Notes under the pieces: generated by a model
Told to the model about the DNA's origin: nothing
What the model saw: the letters and a program-made list of their open reading frames with translations, nothing else
The model's database searches: none
Program-made: the position numbers and the translations under genes
Part shown: positions 46,800 through 57,510 of the stretch, in pieces
Layout: every line of letters starts with the position of its first letter
Position numbering within the stretch: position 1 is the first letter of the stretch
DNA from: Massalongia carnosa
Lineage: Eukaryota
Direction of reading: 5' to 3'
Assembly (NCBI GenBank): GCA_965645245.1
Contig: OZ287083.1
Location: 124,001 to 188,000, forward strand
Length of the DNA: 64,000 nucleotides

Positions 46800-47520
46800 G
46801 AAAGTCTGTTGATGAATGATGCAGCAAGGATCAAACCTTGGAACTGAATTTCCGAAGTCTGTCTCTGGATCAAAGTATGTTGAGTGGTGATGCAGCAAAA
46901 GTCAGAATGAAGTCTGCCCTTGGGTCAACGTCAGTCATTTGATGATTCAGCAGAAATCGGACCCTGAAAGATAGTTTAGATGGTCGGTCTCTGGGTCAAA
47001 GTAAGTTGAGTGGTGATGCAGCAAAAGTCAGAATGAAGTCTGCCCTTGGGTCAACGTCAGTCAATTGATGATTCAGCAGAAATCAGAGTTTCATGAGTGG
47101 TCAAGGCCGCGCTGCGCGGTTTTTGAACAAAACTCAGTGAAAAGGTCTGTTCCTGGGTCAAAGTCAAATGAATGATGATGCAGCAGAGGTCAATCGTTGG
47201 AACTGGTCCACTGGAGTTCTGTCTCTGGGTCAAAGTCAAATGAATGATGATGCAGCAGAGGTCACTCATTGGAACTGGTCCACTGGAGTTCTGTCTCTGG
47301 GTCAAAGTCAAATGAATAATGATGCAGCAGAGGTCACTCATTGGAACTGGTCCACTGGAGTCTGTCTCTGGGTCAATGTCAAATGAGTGATGATGCAGCA
47401 GAGGTCAAACCTTGGAGCTAGTCCACTGGAGTCTGCCTCTGGGTCAAAAGTCAAATGGATGGTGATGCAGCAGAGGTCAAACAATGGAATTGGTCCACTG
47501 GAGTCTGCCTCTGGGTCAAC
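46800..47520. repeat. Tandem array in the Copia 2 leader (72-bp units plus a ~126-bp duplication)
   Basis: Repeated CTCTGGGTCAAAGTCAAATGAATGATGATGCAGCAGAGGTC...GGAACTGGTCCACTGGAGT; 24-aa periodicity in the overlapping ORFs. Confidence 0.88.
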
Positions 47521-48322
47521 GTCATCCTCCGGAGTGCCTCTCAGATATTCGGGCATGAGAGCATTCTGATGGTCTGATATGAAGAGAATGTCTTCTGATG
47601 CTTGTAGTCTGGCAAAGAGCCTCTCTGCTTATAATGTAGATGATTTCCATGCTCTTTCTGATAACCCTTTGTAGGTAGGGAACGCTGGATCAGGTGGCGT
47701 TGTTGTTAAACGTCTCTATCTGATTGAGAGGTTGTCATGATGTGCTTTCACGAAGCTGTTCAACTAGCTAGACTTGCGGGTGCGAATCCCGCCTGATTCA
47801 GGTCTGTAAACAAGTAGAGATTTAGTCTTTGCATTGTCCATCTAGTTCTTTTCGAGAAAGGATAATGATGCTCAGCTAATGATTTTGCATCGTGATGCTG
47901 CGGATAAGAATTGCTTCGATTCCTGTATGATCGATAGCGCCCTTCCGGGCTCATAACCTGTTGAATAGGTCTATGACTATGGCTATATGACTATGTAAAG
48001 ATAGGGGCCTGTATGACCATGATGTTAAGGATGCAGAGTTGCTACGGAGTGCAGAGCAATCTGTTCCTTTTATCTTGGTCACCTCTGCTAAGCGAGATGA
48101 TAATAGTTTATCCGAGCCTCTATGCGCTTAGATTAGATCTGATATTATCTAATCTATCGGCTAGGCAATGCTGGTAGAAGTTGAACATTCAACAGTGGTT
48201 CGTCCGAAGAAGTAGGCAAAAGTCCTGATAATACGCTAATGTAAAGCTAATACTAGTGTCTTGGCAGATTATAGTGCCGAATTCTGGAATTTCTAGTCAT
48301 CTGTAACACCGAAAGTCCTGAT

Positions 48323-49313
48323 TGATTTGATTTGATTATTCTTACGCCGTTGTGTCACCGGCCGAAGGCCGGCCCATGCGGGAGATGCTATATAAGCTAT
48401 GTACTAAGTAGAAAACCCAAAGGTGAAAAACTACTGCTGCGTATCCGCTTCATCGGGGTTCGCCGCTCCCGCGGATTGATTCCTGTATCTCGAAAATCTG
48501 CGATACCTGTTTTTCAAACTGAAGAGAGACTGCCCGGCTGCTGTTCAAGCAGTTGCGTGGCAATTGAATACTGTGTTAAAATACCTGTGCGCATGAGCCA
48601 CGCGGTTACTACTTTGAGAGCTTTGGGTTCGGTGATTAGCTTGCGGTAGTCTGACGAGCCTGCCGTTCGTAGCATGTGCGTTCTGTGTTCGTGCAGTCTG
48701 CAGAACATGATTACATGTTTGGCTGTTTGTAAGAGGCTTCCGCAGGGACATGCCGCCGAGTTCACACCTGGGACCTTGCGCCGATATAGAAAGTTGGCCA
48801 GTCCGATTTTTTCCGTTCTTATCTGTGTTGCTAGTGAGCTTTGCGCTTTGTCTAGTAACTTGTGTGCGTTAAGCCTTTTCCTGTGTATAGGCGCCTGTTG
48901 TGCGATCGTGGGATATAACGTGTGTTTTGCTTGATATGCTTTCCACTTGTTGATCCACTGATTCTCAAAGTGCTTCTTTATTATCCCGTCTCGTTGGTTC
49001 TGCGTCGTTACTTGCGCTGTGCGTTGTCTCTTCTGTGCCTCGTTGTCTCTTCTGTGCCTCGTTGTCTCTTCTGTGCCTCGTCGATCGTTGTCCAGGGAGG
49101 GGGAGAGGGTTGATCCAGTTTAACTGTTTTCTGTGCGTCTTTCGTCATCTTTGTTACCCATTCTCGTTTACGAGTTCCCGGTGTTTTCTCTGCGACTCGC
49201 GATTGACCTCTTTTACCTCTGAGTTTCACTTGAATTCTATTGCATGCCTGCTTTATTATTTTTCCTGTTCGCTGTTCGAGATTCTGGATCTTGTTTTTGC
49301 TTGTAAGCGGTCT
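48323..49313 (-). mobile_element. 5'-truncated LINE (Tad1/I-like) 3' end
   Basis: 15-bp TSD ACCGAAAGTCCTGAT (48308-48322, 49314-49328); short (AAATC)n tail; ORF2 C-terminus QIRTEKIGLANFL...CPCG...QTAKHVIMFC; a 19-bp internal triplication breaks the frame. Confidence 0.85.
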
Positions 49314-49473
49314 ACCGAAAGTCCTGATAATAAACCGCTATTAAATCAAAAATTTTCTACAAAGAAGAAACTCCATCGAGTGTCGCGCTAACCCACGCTA
49401 GCCTCGCGTACAAGGTACAAGGTACTCCCTTGATCCCTCTTTCGATCTTAGCTGGCGCTAAGCCTAATCGGAT

Positions 49474-52223
49474 GGGTGCGGATAAGGGCACACCCTATTA
49501 GCTACCTTAACACCCTACTTTGCTACCTTCACACCCTACTTGGATACATTCACACCCCCGAAAAAGTAACCGCAAAAGGGAAAGTTTCCGCCTCCTTCCT
49601 TTCCCAATTAGGGTAAGCGGCGCGAAATTTTGCCGCACCTGAAATTTCGCTGCATCTTTCGCAAAATTTCGTCGCATCTTGGAATTTCGCCGCAACCTTC
49701 TTCTTACTCCTGAATGTCATCTTCCGATGACACGTTCAATGGTTTTGATACCGAATCCAATTATTCCGCTCCCAATCTCATCATCCTCGAAAGAGTCGCA
49801 TCTGCCTCCCCTCCGCCAGCTTCTCCCCCTCCGCCAGCTTCTCCCCCTTCGTCAGCTTCAGCACCTCTTGCTGCTCCGGAAGAAGGACAATCCTTTGAGT
49901 CTTTGGAAGACTTGATTCAACGAGTCAATGAGCATGCTGGCCCGCGCGGTTATGCAATTGTTCTCGGTCGTACGAAGAAGAATAAGGATGGAAATACGCG
50001 CAAAGCTTGGTTGATTTGCGATCGAGGAGGCAGAGTGAGAGAACCTCGCGGACAAAGTCGTCGTCATACTGCCAGCAGAGCCATTGCTTGTCTCTTTTCA
50101 ATGATTGCGATTCGGGAAAAAGAGTCTGATATCTGGTTTTTGGAAGTGGTCAAATCGGAACATAATCATGCCTCGAGTTTGGCAGGGGCTCATCCAGTGC
50201 ATCGAAAGATGGCTATCACCGCCGAGGTAAAAGATGAGCTATCGCGTCAGCTAACTGTTCAGACTGCTCCATCGAAAGTGATTTCGAGTCTGCGCATACC
50301 TGATCTTACCACCGGAATCGATTGGGACGATCCGGCCAATCCTCGAGTCGTCAATCCCATGATCAAACCTCGAGACATCTACAATCTCAAGGCTCAACTT
50401 CGTCGCGAGGCTTTGGGACCGTTGACTCCCATACAGGCATTGATTCGAGAGCTTGATCAGAGCGACGATTGGTTGTATCAAATGCAAAAGAATGAGGAGA
50501 ATCGCAATCAGATAACTCATTTATTCTTTGTAAAAGGAAGTTCCCGAACTTTTTTAAAGTCCAACTATGAGGTTCTGATCATGAATTGCACTTATAAAAC
50601 CAATCGCTACAAAATGCCTCTTCTGATCATCAGCGGTCAAACCGCATTGCATACCAATTTCTATGTGGCTTTTTGCTCCATGGCCAGTGAGACAAAATTT
50701 GACTACACCTGGGTTTTGAGGCAAGTCAAAGCTCTATATTTGCAAATGGAGCTTCCAGATCCGACCGTCATTGTCACCGACATGGAAAGAAGTCTGATGC
50801 TTGCTCTTCGTGCCCAATTTCCTCGTACCAATCATCTGCTTTGCATTTGGCATATCAATAAGAATGTCGTCGCCAATTGCAAAAGACAATTCAGCAAGGA
50901 AGAATGGGACACCTTCTTTGCGGAATGGAAAGCGATAACTTACGCCTCATCGGAAGTCATACTATGGGAGCTCTAGGGTCAGTTTTCGATCAAATATAAG
51001 GACTATGAGGTAGTGGAATATCTGGCTACCACCTACATTACTCATGTTCAGCATTTCGTAAGATGCTTTACCAATCGAGTACTGCATTTTACACCACCAC
51101 TACTTCTCGAGGTGAGGGAGGGCATGCAGTGATCAAACGTCAATTAGGAACGTCGACCGGAGATCTGAAAACGGTGGTGGACGGAATCAGTCTTTTATTG
51201 ATGAACGAGTATCATAACTATTGGATCGAATTGAATGAGGACAAAACGCGATATCCGCTAGATCTTCGGAAATCAATTTTTCAGCAAATATCTCCATTCA
51301 TCAGTACTAAGGCAATCAGAAGAATTAATTCTCAGTACGGTTTACTGACTGGGAGACCGACGGCTCTGCCAGCATGTACGAATTCTTTTACAACCAGCAC
51401 CGGACTGCCTTGCAGTCATAGAATTCAGGAAAGATTGTATGGCGAAGGAGGTTTATTGCTGGAAGACGTTCATCCACATTGGAGATTTGAAAGAAACGCT
51501 CCCGCCAATGATTTCAATCTGCTGATAGTGGAAGAACCAGACATTATTCGACCTCGTGGACGACCTTCGGGAGCGGAAAACAGAAGAACTCAATCTTTCA
51601 ATGCCTCTACGGGTCGACAACCTTCTCAATTCGAGCGAGTTATTATGGAGACGGCAGAAGATGAAGAGGTGCCAGCGGATGTGGAACGGGCGGATCCAGC
51701 CCCGACAAGGGCGCGAGGCAGAAGAGCTCGAGCTGATCGAGCTGATCGAGGTGGTGGAGATGCGCGGGGGACGCGGGGGACGCAGGATGCGCAGGAGACT
51801 CGAGGGACTCGAGGTGCGCGAGGGATTCGAAGAAGTGCTCGGAATGCGCGAGAGATTCAGGGAGGTGAGGGAGATGTCAGAGATGGAGACGGCGAAAATG
51901 AGGGTTGAATGAAGCAGCGATAGATCAGGCAGGAAATGACGTAGCTAGTCTGCTTTAAGTTTAGTAGCTTGAAATCAAGGTGCGAATGGCCAACATGGTG
52001 CTAATCGACTCCGATTCCTGAGGTTCGAAAACATGGAATTTCTTCCTTCCCCATCTCAGGCGACAGAATTTCGCACCGCTTACCCTACTCGGGAAAGGGG
52101 GGGGGGCGGAAACTTTTCCTTTTGCGGTTACTTTTTTGGGGGTGTGAATGTATCCAAGTAGGGTGTGAAGGTAGCAAAGTAGGGTGTTAAGGTAGCTAAT
52201 AGGGTGTGCCCGTATCCCGACCC
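49474..52223 (+). mobile_element. Mutator-like element (MULE) 2
   Basis: Long TIRs (GGGTGCGGATAAGGGCACACCCTATTAGCTACC... and its rc at ~52060-52223); TSD AATCGGAT. FAR1-like N-terminus, NCTYKTNRYKMPL, VIVTDMERSL, LLCIWHINKN, TGLPCSH. Stop at 50974-50976 and a frameshift. Confidence 0.93.
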
Positions 52224-52266
52224 AATCGGATACTCGAAATATTATTAGCGGTGCATGAACCTTCTA

Positions 52267-52315
52267 ACGTAATATTTACCTATTCGGGCCAGCCACCTAT
52301 TCGGGCCGGCCACCC
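52267..52315 (+). repeat. Orphan Fot1/Pot2-like terminal repeat
   Basis: TA followed by ACGTAAT... with duplicated ACCTATTCGGGCC sub-repeats; no partner TIR found. Confidence 0.5.
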
Positions 52316-53008
52316 GCAAATTCCACCATCATCAAATAGAGAAACACCGGCCTGCTGGGTCAGAAACCTCTACGTGGTGCAGGCTATCAACACCTCCTCG
52401 GAGGTGGCCAATATCTGATCATTGCCAACGCGGAAGTCCACCTCGGTGGCCATTTGAACGATCAACGTCTCTACTGATCATTCGTCACCTCGAAGGCACA
52501 CATACAAAGCCCATTCATTCGGAATGGCCACACCCCTCAGGCGGAAGCCTTTCACCACATCGAAAAAGCCCATTCATTTAGAATGACCACACTTACACAC
52601 CTTCATTTATACGACACCACGATCTGCCCTCGATCACGGCCAGTCTTTCCTCCATTGAATCAAAACGTTTAAAGAGAGAGAACGTTCGTCGAACGTGTGG
52701 AAATACACTGTCTAGTTCATCGAGTCTATAGGATTCCTAGCGCTTGAAGATCTGGGTGTATGCACCGCGTGGTAGAAGGACGGTCTCGTTGCGTTCAACA
52801 TGGAACAAGGGAGTGGTTTTTACCCTGGGGGCCAGGTTTCCACTTCCTGGCTGTTGTTTATGTACATAAATAGCAGTCACAGCGTCATATCCTTAGGATG
52901 CATACGCTTAATGAATTAATAATAAAAAAATAGAGAAACACCATCAGCGCATTATCTCTATCAACATCAAAACTAGCTAAAAACATCACTATCCATGGCC
53001 AATTCCTT

Positions 53009-54192
53009 TCAGGCAATCTTCGCGAACTTCACTTTCCTATTTAAAGCATGATATCGTGCCTTTTTGTTGGCCAATGCTTCATCCTTTTGCCTCTTCTCCT
53101 CTACCAACTCCCGTTCTTTACCCACCGTCAGCACTTTTGCTTTTCCATGCCCTTTTCTAGACGTCTTTTGACGTCGTTGATCCTGTTTGGCAATCAATTC
53201 CTGATTGGTATGCTGTAAAATAATTCTATCAGCAACAGCATTCAAAGCTGTTGTTTTTAGAACATAACGTGCGCGCGGAGAGACGGAATTATACGAGTCA
53301 ACAAAACGTCGCTGGCCTCTTGAATCCGTTTGGTCGTTTTGGGAGTGTCATTATTGACGTCGAGACAAGATGTAGGAGTGACTGGTCTAGGTAATTTGTC
53401 TATTACATGCTGAGGATTTTACGGAACCAGACCTGTTTCTCGCCAGGCACTCAAGATGTTGGTGGTGGACATGGCCTGTTTTCTTGCGACCTGAATTAGA
53501 TTTAGAAATTCCACCTTCGAGACGTTTACGGCCCCGTAACGAGATCTGCTAGAAACTAATTGCTTGTAGGCCTTACTCAATGGTCCAAAAACACCCACGT
53601 CCAATGGTTGCAATAGATGAGTGGAATGAGAAGGTAGACACAAGGGTACAATCTTGTTTTGATCGCAGAACTCCATGAATTCCATTGTGATGTGACTGTC
53701 ATGCACATCGACAATCAACAGTCTATAAACCCCTTGAGTGCGACTTGTTTGCGGATGAAAAACTTCTTTTAACCAATGCAAAGCTATTTCCCGGTCCGTC
53801 CATCCATTGAGACTGACCCGAATAGTGGTTTTCTCGTCCGCAATGGCTGCATACCAGGCTTGCTGAATCTGAGCACCTTGAAAAATGATATAAGCAGGAA
53901 AAATACTCCCGCGAGAGAATATACACTCAATTAAAGTGACCCAATCCCTGTTTCCTAGATGCACATTGAAAGGTGCTGTATTACCTCTTATTATGACCTT
54001 AGAACTGTCCGCAATGCCCAGGGCAAATCTTTTTTCATCCATGTTGTATATATCTGCATCTGCGACACCGTATTTCTCGCGAGTGGTCATGTACAAATCA
54101 AACCAATCCTTCATGATAACAGGGTCGAGATGTTTGACCCATGATTCCAATAACCGTGTTGACCTGAATTCCTGCCCACATCTTATGAACAA
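53009..54192 (-). pseudogene. pogo/Fot1-type DDE transposase relic
   Basis: IYNMDEKRF, WVTLIECI, GWTDREIALHWL, RLLIVDVHDSH, LPSHSTHLLQPLDVGVFGPL. Confidence 0.88.
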
Positions 54193-54808
54193 TGTTGAAC
54201 AGTATCGTCAAGCTTCAAGCAGTGTATCTCTTGACATTGTTTTGTTTTCGATTGGGAGCTTCGTAAAATCCTTCACTGCAATCATGCGTTTGACGCGGTT
54301 ATATTGACGACTTTGATCGCAAGAACTCCTTTTATCGCAAAGGTATTCTCTATCGTTTCCGCTCGCGAGTGTTCCAATACTGTAGTGTGATCCAAACGTG
54401 ATGAATCTTGTAGAGGTAATCGTTGATCAAGCGCACTGGATGCATCATAATCTCAAATTCTCGACCCATCGTCAGTTAAAAGGTTACACTATAGTTCCAA
54501 CGCAAATCGCAGATTGATTTATGCAGATTCTGTTCAACAGCCGTCAACAGCTTTCACTCAGATGAGCTTTACTGCAGTGTAGTCCTTTTCGTGCGCTAGT
54601 ATATTGAGGTCGCCATGGTGTTACTCCCAAAGAAAAATCACAAAAAACTGACGAGTCGTTTACCCGTGCTAATTATTACGAACGTTCTTCTGCTATTCAT
54701 TGCCCGATCGGAGACAGGAGCGTGTTATTTCGGCGTTTTAAAAAGAAAAAGAAAAAAAGACATGAGAAAGCGTCTCAACTATGCGTCTGAAATCTCGATT
54801 ATCATTTC

Positions 54809-55875
54809 TCACGCTGGTGCTTCATGAAGGATTCGGTTTGGAGTCGAGTCCGCTTCGTATCTCGGATCAGAATCTGCTGCTTCACAGATCTTGTGATGGG
54901 TCTGGCCGTCGGGAAATGGGCCTGACGGGAATGCTGAATACTCGATTAGCATCTGGACAGTTCTCCGGTGCAGAAAGCCTATCATACAGGATTGATGCCC
55001 GGCGCTCAAACGTTTCCTCAGACGTCTTTCCCGCGAGAGTAGAAATAGAGCAGCTGCGAGACTTGTGGCTAACGGAATGCCAATACCGGCCCCAATGCCA
55101 GATTTTATGTTATTTTGCGATGGACATGAACGAATGCTCCCTGCCGTAACGCAGCTGGAGCTTAAGTTTGTATTACTCAGAGCAGTCAACGTGCTAGATG
55201 CCTTGGTTGCACTGGGAGCGTTGTTGGTTCCTCTACTTGCATCACCGGCGCTGGATGTCTCGGGCGACTTGCTAGACTGCCCAGTGGCGGTGATCTCGGT
55301 TGTCGCTTGGGCGGAGCATTTGGTTGAGTTTCTGTAATCTGCAAACCATCCAGCGGCGATGCTAAACGTTTTCTGATTTGGCCCCGGATTGCAGCGATCT
55401 TGATTGCCATAACCGCAGTACCACGCTGGAGGCGATGAGCCTGGACACTCCATGACGTCCGTGTATCCAAGAGGTGCTAGCTAGTTTTAGCAAGTGCAGC
55501 CTCTAAGTTGAATATCTGGATTGATGAGCCTACCATCGTCAAGACTCTTGCAGATGTCGGTGCAAGAGCTTGCATTCCATGAGGAATCCGTACAGCTCTA
55601 TCGGCCAAGTCGTCAGATCAATCGAACACTGTGAGGGAATGGGGTTGACAAACGCCTCGATGATAGTGGTTGATATTAGGAACAAAACAGAGATTGTTGG
55701 ACAAACAAATATCGCCACGGGCGCAGCACATGCTGTGATTGGGAGCTTCGGGATCGCAAGGCGTGTCAGCTTCAATCAACCTTCCATCCGGGTAATAACA
55801 CGACTCTAGAGCCCAAATCACGTTGATAAGGGCAAGGTTGAGCAGAACCGATGTCGATAATGATGCAAGCATCAT
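54809..55875 (-). CDS. Single-pass cell-surface protein: signal peptide, Cys-rich domain, Ser/Thr-rich stalk, TM helix (Mid2/SKG6-like topology); multi-exon
   Basis: MLASLSTSVLLNLALINVIWA; CYYPDG...PC...CCARGDICLSNNLC; spliced SCTDSSW...C; GIGAGIGIPLATSLAAALFLL followed by RERRLRKR. Confidence 0.78.
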
Positions 55876-56489
55876 TTGAAGTTATAGCAGTGGGCATTTG
55901 AGGAGAGCTGTTCATCAAGAAATGCTGACTTATCGCAAAGGAGAGCAGCATTTTGTATATAGGTATCTTTAAGAATATTAGATGATTCCACATCGGATTA
56001 ACCGCTGCTGAATCTATAAATATTGTAGCTGAGCTGTCCAGGTATCATTATTCCTAGGTACTACCTCCTTAACTGTTGATCATTGGTCCATCAGCAAATT
56101 CTGCTCTGCATTGATCAGAGGGACAAGGTTTTGCCAGCATGTAATACGCTCACCCGTAGCATTAAGATGAAAGATGAAACGTGTATGTCCTAGAATAGCA
56201 TGGCAGTTCGCTTTCCTACAATGACGAAACGATCGCTTGACCGTTCGACTCATCAACATGCGACAACCAACAACAACCAGGATGGTCTCCTCCCTGCATT
56301 TAGGCCACAAACTCGTCGGTCGAACTGGAATCCCTTATCTTCAAAGGGTTCCTTACGAAAGAAGCGGCAAGAACTACAAGGATAATGGAGTTCCCAATAG
56401 ACTATGGCTCGCTGTATATGGATTCCTTACCATTTCTGTGTTTCCTGATCCTTGATCAGTTACGCTGGTGTAAAATATATCGTATCTCT

Positions 56490-57510
56490 GGCAATAGAAG
56501 CTATGTGGTGAAGAATGTTACGTCATAGTTGTACGATCAGGCGTTCAGGCTCCAGGAGGACCTGGCACATTGTCCTTTCGTTCGCCTACTTGTTGATGGC
56601 AACGATAGTCTCAAGGCTCTCGTTTTTCAGCATTACACCGAGGACTTCCCGAGTTTCCTACAGAGTGAACCGGTCTCGCGCGCGCAGGTCAAGCGGATAC
56701 TCCTAAATGTTCTGAAGGGCATAGCTGCTTTTCATGGCGAAGCCTGGGTACATGATGATACGATTTCTCGTCACACTATGCGCTGCCCCAGACAATCGAA
56801 GAATTCAGTAATGACGGATTACGGGGAAAATTACAGATGTAAAGCCGAATAATATGTTGATCTCCTATTCGCATAAACCCAACTGCGTTCGGGAGATTAG
56901 CGGAGGTACTTTGGCCGACATAGAGGACGCCACGAGGGTGAAGAAAGGGAACGCCATCTTCGCCCAGGTCTGCAATGTCCTCTGGCGCAGCCCAGAAGCC
57001 TAGATAGGAACTCGTGTGGTAAAGAATCCGACAATTGGTCATTTGGAGTTACGGCAAGTCTCTTTTTTCCCTACGCGTGAGTTTGACTGCTTGCGCTTGC
57101 TACTAGCCAAGCGTCAGCGTTTTTGTTAATTTATTAACTTATATCGTAATTAGGCCGTGTATGGTATCACCAAAATGGTGATTTTTGCATACGATAAGCT
57201 GGAGGATGGCGTCTTGCCGGATGGCGTCTTGCCGGAGGTCGTGCTTTCCAGCGTGCTCTCCTATTACGGACCCCTTCCCCCAGCACTAATCGAGCATATC
57301 AAAGACAGTCCCTGATATTCAATTCTCATCGGGCTTGATCAGAGCTTTGATAGGAATATTCCCAGGAAACCATTATCCATTTGAAGAGATATCGAGGGAC
57401 TCGAACCTGGAAATAATGAGTTTTTTGAACGACTCTTGAATCTTATTCTCGGCCTCAGACTGATGGCAGACGAACTCTTGAACGATTCGTGATTTTCTTC
57501 TCCTTGATGT
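56490..57510 (+). pseudogene. Ser/Thr protein kinase pseudogene
   Basis: VKRILLNVLKGIAAFH...WVH, then DVKPNNMLI, NVLWRSPEA and WSFGVT spread over different frames with stops. Confidence 0.65.

Larger units (their letters stand above)
41837..48194 (-). mobile_element. Ty1/Copia LTR retrotransposon 2 (full length, apparently intact)
   Basis: 236-bp LTRs at 41837-42072 and 47959-48194, identical by eye; TSD GTGGT; PBS GGTTATGAGCCC (rc of 47947-47958); PPT GAGGGAGGG. Confidence 0.97.

Noticed and set aside
41783..49412. TGTACG...CGTACA as the ends of an outer solo LTR
   Set aside because: The flanks (AGGCT vs AGGTA) do not form a convincing TSD.
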